Assembly (NCBI GenBank): GCA_030390025.1
Contig: CM059432.1
Location: 42,658,001 to 42,722,000 of the forward strand
DNA: 64,000 nt
Origin: Squalus acanthias
Taxonomy: Eukaryota
Reading direction: 5' to 3'
Position numbers and translations under genes: made by a program. The notes under the pieces are model-generated. The model was not told where the DNA came from, made no database searches, and saw only the letters and a list, made by a program, of their open reading frames with translations. This document shows positions 1 through 11,589 of this stretch, in pieces; positions within the stretch are counted from its first letter, which is position 1; each line of letters opens with the position of its first letter.

Positions 1-2138
1 AATGCTGCCTTGATGTCAAGGGCAGTCGTTTTCACCTCACCTCTGGAATTCAGCTCTTTTGTCCATGTTTGGAGCAAGGCTGTAATGAAGTCTGGAGCTG
101 AGTGGTCCTAGCGGAACGCAAACTGAGCATCGATGAGCAGGTTATTGGTGAGTAAGTGCCGCTTGATAGCACTGTCGACGACACCTTCCATCACTTTGCT
201 GATAATTGAGAGTAGACTGATGGGGCGGTAATTGGCCGGAGTGTGTTTATCCTGTTTTTTGTGGACAGGACATACCTGGGCGGTTTTTCACATTGTCGGA
301 TAGATGCCAGTGTTATAGCTGTACTGGAACAGCTTGGCTAGAGGCGCGGCTAGTTCTGGAGCACAAGTCTTCAGCACGACAGGCGGAATGTTGTCAGGGC
401 CCATAGCCTTTGCTCTATCCAGTGCACTCAGCCATTTCTTGATATCACGTGGAGTGAATCGAATTAGCTGAAGATTGGCTTCTGTGATGGTGGGGACCTC
501 AGGAGGAGGTCGAGATGGATCATCCACTTGGCACTTCTGGCTGAAGATGGTTGCAAACGCTTCAGTCTTGCCTTTTGTACTTGTATGCTGGGCTCCGCCA
601 TCATTGAGGTTGGGATGTTCATGGAGCCTCTTCCTCCTGTTAGTTGTTTAATTGTCCACCACCATTCACGACGGATGTGGCAGGAATGCAGAGCTTTGAT
701 CTGATCTGTTGGTTGTGACATCGCTTAGCTCTGTCTATAGCATGTTGCTTCCGCTGTTTAGCATGCATGTAGTCCTGTGTTGCAGCTTCTCCAAGTTGGC
801 ACCTCATTTTAGGCACACTTGGTGCTGCTCCTTCTACACTCCTTATTGAACCAGTGTTGGTCCCCTGGTTTGATGGTAATGGTAGAGTGAGGGATATGCC
901 GGGCCATGAGGTTACAGATTGTGGTGGAATATAATTCTGCTGCTGCTGATGGCCCACAGCGCCTCATTGATGCCCAGTTTTGAACTGCTAGATCTGTTCT
1001 GAATCTATCCCATTTAGCACAGTGGTAGTGCCACACAACACGATGGAGGGTGTCCTCCGTGTGAAGACAGGATTTCGTCTCCACAAGGCTTGTGCGGTGG
1101 TCACTGCTACCAATACTGTCATGGACAGATGCATCTGCCACGGAGATTGGTGAGGACGAGGTCAAGTAAGTTTTTCCCTCATGTTGGCTCTCTCACCACC
1201 TGCCGCAGGCCCAGACTGGCAGCTATGTCCTTCAGGACTCGGCCAGCTCGGTCAGTTGTGGTGCTACCGAAGCACTCTTAGTGATGGACATTGAAGTCCC
1301 CCACCCACAGTACATTCTGTGCCCTTGCTACCGTCAGTGCTTCTTAACATGGAGGAGTACTGATTCATCAGCTGAGGGACGGCGGTAGGTAGTCATCAGC
1401 AGGAGGTTTTCTTGCCCATGCTTGATCTGAAACCATGAGACTTCATGAGGTCCGGAGTCAATGTTGAGGACACCCAGGGCCACTCCTTCCCGACTGTATA
1501 CCACTGTGCCGCCACCTCTGGTGGGTCTGTCCTGCTGGTGGGACAGGACATACCCAGGGATGGTGATGGAGGATTCTGGGACGTTGGCTGAAAGGTGTGA
1601 TTCTGTGAGTATGACTATGTCAGGCTGTTGCTTGACTGGTCTGTGGGACAGCTCTCCCAATTTTGGCACAAGTCCCCAGATGTTAGTGAGGAGGGCTTTG
1701 CAGAGTCTACTGGGCTGCATGTGCCTTTGTCATGTCCGTAGCCAGTGCCTAGGTCGATGCCGGCTGGCCGGCCGGTTTTTATATAATTATTGTTTTTCGT
1801 AGCGGTTTGGTACAACTGAGTGGCTGGCTAGGCCTTTTCAGAGGGCAAATCAGAGTCAACCACATTGCTGTGGCTCTGGAGTCACATATATCTCAGACCA
1901 GGTAAGTACGGCAGATTTCCTTCCCTAAAGGACATTAGTGAAGCAGATGGGTTTTTACGACAATCCAGTAGTTTCATGGTTACCATTACTGATACTAGCT
2001 TTTTATTCCAGACTTACTTAATTAACATAATTTAAATTCCACAGCTACCGTGGTGGGCTTTGAACTCACATCTCCAGATCATTAGTCCAGGCCTCTGGAC
2101 TACTTGGCCAGTAACATAACCACTATGTTACTGTACCC
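1..2138 (-). mobile_element. Family B LINE (ORF1-less CR1-group), 5'-complete copy running off the window start; decayed APE endonuclease and start of RT
   Basis: Minus-strand ORF fragments TNIWGLVPKLGEL..PDIVILTESHL, SSDHR and KAMGPDNIP..LKTCAPELAAPL. A ~420-bp 5' UTR begins with a tRNA-like head (A box 2120-2130, B box 2055-2067). Inserted into a Harbinger Myb gene. Confidence 0.88.
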
Positions 2139-4318
2139 TGGAGTGTAGCCCCAAGGACCTGGATGCAGTGCCTTAGGAAGTTTAATGACCTCACACGAGT
2201 GGTCAAGGTCAGTGAATGCATCTTCAAATGGCATATCCTACCAGCTGCACCACTAGCCTCAGCCACTGCTCAAATCACCACACCCCCATTACTCACCTAC
2301 CAACAATCTCTATCAGTCATGACTCATACCTAACATGCATATGCTTCACCTCACCCTCACACACTCAGCACTGTTGCAAGCCTCACACCCACATCCCCCA
2401 GCTTGAACACACTGCCAGCTATTTCACCACATCACCCAAACATATTGCACGACACTCACTCTCACTATTCCCTCTCTCTTGCAGGACACGGTGGCATAAA
2501 ACTGGAGGCAGCAGGAACTAACCGGAGGGGGAGAGGTGCGTCTGCATGCTCTAACCCCCATGGAGGAGATGGTGCTGGCCATTGAAGGGCCATTGCTGAG
2601 GCCATAGCCAGCTGCGGGCCTGAATCCATTGATGATGACGGTATCCTCATACCTAATCCTCCTTCTCATACCCCCTTCCCGCTCATCCCACAATCTCTTC
2701 TGACTTACAAGCTGCAGATGGTATAAGCATGCACCCCTCACCACAACCTTACCCTTGTGACTTTTTCCTTTCAGATACACAAGAGGTGCAGCCTACCCAG
2801 GTAGTGGACAGAGAGCAAGAAGAGAGTGATAATGAAGACACACCGTCACTTGATTTCACACTCGCAGCCCCAGCTCAGATACTGACACTGCTCGTATCTT
2901 AGAGTATAGCATAGAGGGATCTGCACGTGGTGAGACACCGGACACAAGTGCGCTGCAGCCAGAGCAAGGGGCAAGGATAATGCAGGTGCCAGCTCGTTGG
3001 ACTCAGATGAGGACTTTGATGGGGCAGGCTACAAAAAAAGGCTGATGGGTGTACACAACAAAATGCTGGGTGCATTAGGAAGCCTGCCAGAAAGCCTGCG
3101 TTCAATGCCAAGGAGCATGGAGGAGTACAGCTCCAACTTGGCACAGGGCTTTACGCAGAGCTTGGAGCCCACCTTTCTTGCATGGAACTGGTGGCCAACT
3201 CCATCAACACACTTGTGAACCCAACCATGATGCAGCGTCTGATGGCCGATGTCTCGGCTTCCATTGCAGCACAAGCAGCTTCCACCAAAAGTCTGAGTGC
3301 TGCCGTGGAAGCTCAGACTGCTGCCATGCAAGGTCAGACTGCTGCCACCATGGCTGTGGATACCAGTGTTCAAAGGGGATTGCAGGGTGTCACAGCAGTC
3401 CAGCAATGTGTCTTCCAACAGAATACTAGGATTATTCTGGCACCGCCCCGGGGGAATGGCAGTGGCTCCATGGAGCACGAGCCTGCTGTCCTCTCTCAGA
3501 ATGAAAGCATTCGTGCTCCCACCCCTGCAACTCCTCCAGTGCCCTTGTTGTTGCCTGTCTGCCAGTCAGCTCAGACTGCTGCCGCCTATGCCAAGGTAGT
3601 TCAGTCTGAAGCTGAGTCTTCTAGGCCCAGAGCAGCTTGAGGTCATTCTGCAAGGCCATCTGCAGTCTCTTTCACTGAAAGTCAGCAACCTTCCACCAGC
3701 CATGCTGCTGCCACTGGGGTAGCACTGCATAGGAGGACTGGCAAAGGCACATGGAAGACGGGCACTAAGGAAGTGTACAAAGATGATTAGTTTAAAGTTT
3801 GTATGCAATATGGCATGATTTCATTGATAAATTTGGTTTGGAATGTTTATTTTGTGTTGGCTTTTATTTTTGCATTGTGGCCAAGAGAACGATGTAATGG
3901 TCAGTGACAGAGAGAAGGTAAGGAGTGTGGGACTGTTGGTGAATGGGGAATTGGGGTTGAGGTTACTGGTATCTCATTTGAATTAGTTCTTCATATACAT
4001 CCCGGGCAGAAAGAGGCTGTCTAGGTTTCTGCCTCGTCCTCTTCCATGTCCTCCTCTTCCTCCTCGTGCTCCTGCTCCTCAGCTTGTCGCCTGATAGATG
4101 GTGGCAAGGGCTGTCCCCTCATGATGGCAAGGTTGTGCAGCATACCGTCACGAATCTTGAGACCTGCTCAGTTGAGTACTGCAGGGCTCCTCTACAGCAG
4201 TCCAAGCTGCGGAATCATTGTGCGCATTGTGCGCAGGTGCCTCGGACGCCATTATAGGTCTCTCACGGCACTTATAGTGCCCAATAAAACGAGCGCTACC
4301 AAGCCCAATTTCTCGCCC
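2139..4318. mobile_element. PIF/Harbinger DNA transposon relic: spliced Myb/SANT gene (+) and convergent transposase C-terminus (-)
   Basis: + strand: PRTWMQCLRKFNDLTRVVK|gt (donor 2208), exon 2485-2640 with ..ELTGGG..LTPMEEMVLAI, and a last exon from 2775. - strand 3965-4147: GMLHNLAIMRGQPLP plus an acidic run, typical of a HARBI1-like C-terminus. Right end aatttctcgccc is followed by TAA. Confidence 0.8.
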
Positions 4319-5369
4319 TAAATTCCTAAAGATGGTCATTGATTAATGATCAGGAATGAAAACCATGGCTGATTCTTTTTTTCCCTTCTCCCCACACCCA
4401 CAGACATTACAGATGGTTGTGTTGCTACTATTGTCCAGATTAAGATGACCTAACTCAGCCCGGTACATAGATTAAGCCAGGAATATTCCTGCCATATCAC
4501 ATGGTGCTATGTAAATTTGAGATCTGAGATCAAAATAACTTTGAAGTGAAATGTCCTTTACACTGCAATTTCCAAGACGTTTTCAGCTGGAATTCCCTAC
4601 ATGGTGAAGCTAATTGCCGGAATGGTTGATAAAATATTTTGTTAATATTTGAACCACAGCAATTTAATTTGGTCAAGGTTAAATTATTGTTCAAATAACT
4701 TTTGCATACCCACAAGTAATATAGCAAGAAATCTTAATTTTTTTGATACTGCAGTGGGTTTCTTTCCTAGAATGTTTCAGCAATCGTGTAAGAATATCAA
4801 TGTACTTGGGTCTTCTGAGGTATAAACTAGTCTTTATGAGAGTACAGTGGGTGATGAGTTACAGTCCCAAAGGAATGTGTTTTTGATAACAACCTTCATT
4901 TCAAACATACCAATATAGATCTATTATTCCCTTTCCACATCTACAGCAACACATTTTAAATTACATTTGATACTTTATGCAAATGGCTATCTGATTAGAC
5001 ACTGTGGCACGTCTGCTGACGTCTCCTAGGATTTCTGTAGAGTTTTGTTTACTAACCATCAAAGCAGTGCGGGAGAATGAAGATTACTGTGTAGCTTTGA
5101 AGGAGGATAGCTATCTCACCATATTTTACATCGTATAATTAGAAATGTACAGTAGACCACAATGCAGTGTTTTCAGTGTACCTTGACTTTTAAGTACTGT
5201 AAAATATTTGATACCATAAATGTTGTATTTAATATAGCAAAGAATACTAACAAATATGGCTTCCAATTTATGCAGTAGTATTGCTAAGGCAAATAGAACT
5301 TGAAGTTGTGTAAGTGATGAGATATAAATCCAAGACGTAACACTTGAAAATTCTTTAAAGCATTGCTAA

Positions 5370-7130
5370 GACTGCATTTTGAGTATTGTGACTAGTATTG
5401 GCCATCATACTCATTGGAAAAGATGTCATATATGTAATGTACCTAGACTTCCTAAAGGCCTTTGACAAAGTACAGCATAAATAGCCTCTTTATAAATTTA
5501 GGTTAGTAAAGCTAAGGGTGAAGCTAAGACATAATTTAGTATTTGGCTGTAGGGAAGAAAGCACAGAGTTAAGGGGAGCTCGGTCACAATGGGGAATGTA
5601 TTGATTGATTGGCATAGAGAGTATACAGTGTAAATTTAGCAGGATGATGCCATGGATGAAAAACCATGAGGAGGATAGGAAACTGAGGAGCGATGAGATG
5701 CTGGGATTATTTCCACTCGAGCAGAGAAGGCCAAGAAGATATTTAACAGACGTTTTTAACACTGGCGCGTTTTGATGCAATGAAAAGGAAATATTATTTT
5801 CTCTGGGGAGTTACCAATTCACTAAGAGAATTAGGAGAGCGATTAAGAGAAATTTATTTACAGTATGGAAAAGCAAAATACTGCAGATGCTGGAAATCTG
5901 AAATCAGACTGCCTGACCTGCTGAGTATTTCCAGCATTTTCTGTTATTTCTTTGTAGAATGGGTCACTCGAGCATGAAATGCTTTGCCACAGGTAGTGTT
6001 TGAGGCAGGCTCCATTGCATCTTTTAAGGGAAAATTGGATAAATATTTGAAGCAGAGGAAGATACAAAGTTATGGAGAGGGCAGGCCAACAGGAATAGTT
6101 CTGGATTGCTTTAGCAAAGAGTCAGCACAGACATGATGGGTTGAATGGCCTCTTTCCCGGCTTATGGTTCTATGGGTGCTCCAGGGGCATGAACTGGGCA
6201 TGTTCCTGGTTTACAAAAATGAATGATAATGAAGTCTCAGTGCAAAGTAGTTAAATTTGAAGATGAAGCCAAGTTGGGAAGGGGGAAAAGCAGACTCAGT
6301 AGTCAGTCAAGATCTTGCATAGAAATCTTGATAGGGTATGCACCTGGGCTAATTATATTAAGTTCAATATAGACAAATGTGAGCTACTGCATATATTTTG
6401 ATATAAAAATAGAAGACATGTACCCTGAGTGCAATAGAACTTACCTAGAGTAGAGTTGAAAGAAACCTAGATTTTATCATTCATCACGTCTAAACAGCGT
6501 GAAGTGGCAGTAAGCAAGATGAATTGGATGCTGGGTTATATTACCAAATCAGTTCAGCTCATATCTCCAGAAGTTATGGTAGTCATGTAGTGCCCTGGTC
6601 AGTCGTCACCCCAGAATATTCTGTACATTTTTTCTCTCTTTTTACCTCTCCCAGGAGAATACATGGCTGCGGGGTTGGGGTTTAGCAATGATGGTCCGGC
6701 AGGCTTGATGGACCAGCTGGTCTTATCTTGCCATCAATTTCATAAGTTCGTATTCTGCTTGTCGCAACCCAAGAGGCCAACCAAAATCTAGAGTTGCTGC
6801 AGAGGAGAACAAGAAGACTAATCTCTGGTGTTGGGTTGATGAGCTATGAGGAACAACTTGATAAAGTGGAATTCTTCTGTCTCAAAAAAAGAGATGCATT
6901 AGCAGGAACCTTTATCGAGGTATATAAAGTACTTAATCGGATATAAATTAGACCAGGAATAATACTTTCAGATACCAAAAGGCAATAGGACAAAAGGGCA
7001 TACATTCAGGTTTGTGAAAGACAAGGTTAGAATCAACAGAAGTAAGTATATCTTTACACATGGTGATTAAGAGCAGGAAAGGACATTGGATTCATTTAAG
7101 GAATAGACTTGTTCTGTAATGGTTGATATT
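5370..7130 (+). mobile_element. Old, highly decayed CR1 RT/3' fragments
   Basis: Degenerate RT motifs (ctagacttcctaaaggcctttgacaaagt = LDF.KAFDKV; aaatttgaagatga) and CR1-like 3' UTR remnants near 6120-6175 and 6690-6750. Confidence 0.6.
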
Positions 7131-10100
7131 CTGAAAGGTTGGGATCATTTTATTTCACAGAAATCTATCTTGCCATTCATTGGAAAGGTAGCAAGAAAGA
7201 TTCTAGGCTTAAATAAATGAGCTGCGAAGACTGGTCAAGACAGCTAAATCAGTTTATTGCAAAGAAAGCTGATGGGAAACCTGATCCAAATAATGAATTT
7301 TAAAAAGCAAAAGGAGTCCATGGAGTGGAAGTGATACAATTATCTCTGTTGAACTAGTAGCAAGAATTAGGAGACAGGATTATAAATTAAGAATATCTCA
7401 AAATAAATATAATTTAAGGACTAGTTAATTCACACCTATAGTTAATTTTTGTAGTGGAGTACTCCTTTGCTTGGTGAATGTAACTTTTGTTGACGTGCTG
7501 ACAAAAATGCCTGATTGAACAGGGATGGAGATGTGTTGAAGGGATAATTACTAGTCCTAGCCCCTTTAGGGCTATCCCGGATCAGGCGTATTCCCCAGAC
7601 GTTCACTTTCAACTAAAGTTTGAGGTAGCCGAATCTTAAAGACGCTTAATTGGGTCTAAAGGTTTAGACTATCTCTCCCTGAAGGAAAGGAACAACCTGA
7701 AGATGTTACCGTCCTCCAGATAGCACTTTTAATAAGTTTAGCTAGACTATAACGTTCCGGATATTATGAGGATCCGGAAAACTCCCTCAGAATTCTGCAA
7801 CTCCTCACCAAAGAGCGTACAGAGATTGAGTTTGCGAGTTTGATACAGAAGTATTATGTGAGACAATTCTAAAAATATATAGATTTATTAAAGAACCGAC
7901 ATGTAATTACAGTAGGTGTTTCAATCGCAACATTAACAGTTCCAAAAACAGAGAGCTTACAATTCTTATTATCAGATTTTAACTTCGCTACATTTTTACA
8001 GTTCTTAGTCTTATTCAGAATATCCACCAAAATCAAATACACTGCCGTTGATCCCCGAGACACAAAGAGTTGTAGACTTACAGAGCCTGCCTCTGAAGCC
8101 TGAGAATCGCTTTGCCCCTTTACAGTGAATCTATCATCCCATTTGAAAGTTCAATATTTATATCCTTTTTCAGTGGTATGTCCTTTGAAGTTTTCTGCTG
8201 ATGTAAGCTAATTATCGCTAGTCATTTTTCTGCTGACCCCTGCTATTCTTACAGTCAGATCAGCTGGTAGCATTAAGAATTATGTCTCTACCCTAGGTGT
8301 TCGAAGCTCACCATAAAAACGATGTAACAGCAGGTGCATCTATTTGATGTCATTTTCACCAAGGTCTTCTGTTTGTGTCTTTTTACGATGTGTAAATTAA
8401 AACACCTCAACTAGGGTGATCTATGCAATTCTTAGTTACCTCAGCTGGTTGTAACACAGAATCGTGTCTCCTGTGTTTCATTTGATGTCATTTTTACGAA
8501 GGCATATGTTTCTTAATTTTCTGTGTTTCTTTCCGAAGTGTAATTTAGGACACCTTAACAGGGTGTACCATTGTGTTCTTTCCAAAGCTTCAGACTATCA
8601 GGAACCTCCAACCTCCTGTTTCAATAAGGTTATTGATTCAGTGTCAACAACTTATCTTATCTCAATAGCCTGAATGCTGCTACAGCTTCTCCGTTGTTAG
8701 GCCTTCAGATTTCCAAACCCAGTATGTCATGTTTTAATAAGGCTAGAATTCTTTCATAGAATGGTGTATTTTTCTGAATATGGCTCATTCCTTCACAGTG
8801 TGGTCTTGCTGCAAAGGCAAGAAGTTAAAAATGTTTGTAGCTATATCTTCAGAGTGAAACATGGAACTTGTACATTCTTGAGTTATGAAACTAAATATAA
8901 GTAAAAGAATGATGAGGGAGGTTAGGAGAACTTTTTTTAAAGGGTTGTTAGGGCATGATCAGAAACAGTGGTGGAAAAATAATCTATAATAACATTAAAA
9001 AAAAAAAGAAATGGATAAATATTGAAAAAATTTCTATAGTTTATGGGAAAGGGCAGGGGAATGGCACTAAGTGGATAGCTCTGTTGGAGAGCTGGCACAA
9101 GTGTGATGGGCCAAACAGTCTCTCTCTGTAAAATTATGATTGTATGAATTCTGGTTTCAATTTAAAATAGCAGGGCTACTAATGGCCAAACTTGGTTTAA
9201 AAATGACATCAAGTGCTATGAAGGTGGAGGTTGAAAGTAAGAACGTGATTCAGCAGGTTGTAGAGGAAAACAAGCTTGGTGCCAAGGCTAAAGGGAGATG
9301 AAAATAGTTTGATAGGGTCCTGCACATGGGTCGAAATGACAGGGTGATCTGGATGGGTTGAATGACCTTTTTCTTGTTCCTTGTTTGTGTTCTTCGATCT
9401 GGGGAAGATGTTCTATGACTTATAGAAATGACATGGTTTTTATTGTATAGGATACAGGGTTCATATAAGTGAACAGAATACAGGCATTGATTTCAAAGCT
9501 AATGACATTGCATGCTCTGATGCTGCACCTGTGGTGCTTAGGAATACTGTAATCTTTATGCATGATGTTTATTTGTTATTACATCAAGAGCACTGAAAAA
9601 TTGTGCTGCTTTCCAGGGTAGTAAGGTCACTTTGCACAGTACCTCTGACTGCATGGTAAGTTTGAACTGCTGTTGAGGGTGCTGTTCCATCTTGCCAGAT
9701 AGAAAAAAAAAACTTGTGATATGTGAAAATTGTTATTAAAATAAAAACAGTGCTGTGGTATTTTTTGTTTGGTGTTTTATATTAATGTAAATATGGAGGG
9801 ACTGAGTCAGGTTGGTCACATGATATTTGGAATGTATATGGTTGACGGTCATGGGAAATTTAAAATTTTGTTTCGCAGCTTGGTCTTAACCCAAGGAAAA
9901 GTGACAGATGTTTGGCTGACCCGCATCACCCACTCATATTTAATGTCAGATGTGTGCCTGTTACTGGCAGGCTGACAGAACAGTATGTAGTCATGATGGG
10001 GTAATGACTACTGTAAAGGATTAATAATGTAGGTATAGGTTGTCCTCAAGTGCTTTGTTTAGGTAGAAGCCCAGTGGAAAATACATGGTCCCTTCATTTT

Positions 10101-11589
10101 CTTTGCCTGTATGTGGTCATTACTAAATCCTTAGATGTGGCTCTCTCTGCACTACTGTGAGCTATAAAATAACCACAAAGAGTTAGAATGAAAATGGAGA
10201 AAATAAGAATATTCTGAACTAAGTTTGCTTTATTAAAAAAATACAATGATTGGAGTATTTTTGTGTATATTTGATCATTTTTGACATTGTACTTTTATTA
10301 TAACTCTGCTCCTTTGTCTTGCTTCCTGTGAAACTATTTAAAATATGTGAAGGATTTTTGTACTATGTGCCTCAATATAAACAATCCTCAGAGATGGATA
10401 TAGTATACTGATAGCGTGGCTGGTGAAGCAGAGGATCAAAACTGCATCAAATACTGTACCTGATCACTGTGATAGTCATTATAAACTTGTGTCTCCCACA
10501 TAATTAATCACCAAAGCATTTAAAAAGAAATAAGAGTATGCATAAGCAAATCTAAGTCCTGAATATATCCTAGTTATTCCTGTCTACGGAGTAAGATTTT
10601 CACTGTGGAATGTGTAGTGAAATTCTAAATGTGTTCTTTTATAAACAGGTTTATGTTTTCACTACACACAGTGCACTGATGAACTCTTCCCTCTATATTA
10701 GGCTCTTTCAGGTTTCTGGAAAGTCCAGGCCTCTGAAAATTAGATTGTTCCTAAATTAGGTTGCAGGTTTGTAGAGACTTGGGGCTCTCTATATCAGACT
10801 CCTGATAAATCAAGTTGCAAACTTGTCCATTTAGTCTTCCGTTTTACTTTGAGTCAAAATTCAAGCCATATGGGATTTGTTCAGTGCAGATTGCAATTCT
10901 TTATCTAGCTGTGCAGTATCCGATTGTTAGATGCATGTCTGGGTAACGAAAGTGTTTCATTGTCTGAGGAAATGTGTATAGGATACACATGGACTGAAAA
11001 TCAAGATCAAGCTCAAAATCAATGGCCCTTTCATTTGTGCAAGTTTCAGTATAAAGAAACAATCTATAGGCACATGTCAAGCATCTTAAACTTTTACTTT
11101 CATACCATCATGAATAGTAGTGTTTGGGATCTTGTCTTGCATGTGAGGGCCCATGGGTTATCACAAATCAATATCATGGAGATGGTCTGGGCAAGTCTTG
11201 AGGATGTTTGATGACAAATTAACTACAATTGTCTTGTATTCCTTGCTGAAAGAGTGCAAATAGTCTTATGGAGGAATGTTCAATCATTATAAGGACACAT
11301 TGGAAAGATATCTGAATAATAATTAGATCAATCTAAAATTCCAATAGCAGAATCCTGGGAGCAGCTGGCTCCCACCAGTGTCCTCCACCAAGACAGTCAG
11401 CACTTTGAGATAGTGTGCTGAAGCTGCAAAGGGAAAAGAGGAAGAAAAACTCTCAACCAGGCTGTAACAACAACAAACTTTCATTTGTATTAAATGTGGT
11501 TGAATCTGCCTCTTGCATTTCAAGCCATATAAGAACTCATCAGAGGAGACACGACACCCCAAAAATGTGACCTGGTCAAGATGACGTTG

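Noticed and set aside
2050..2138. Functional tRNA gene
   Set aside because: A and B boxes are present, but I see no convincing cloverleaf or terminator, and it is contiguous with the LINE UTR.
5868..5946. Short inverted repeat atgctggaaat / atttccagcat
   Set aside because: Probably a remnant of a common Penelope-like repeat, but too short to classify or to show a ribozyme core.
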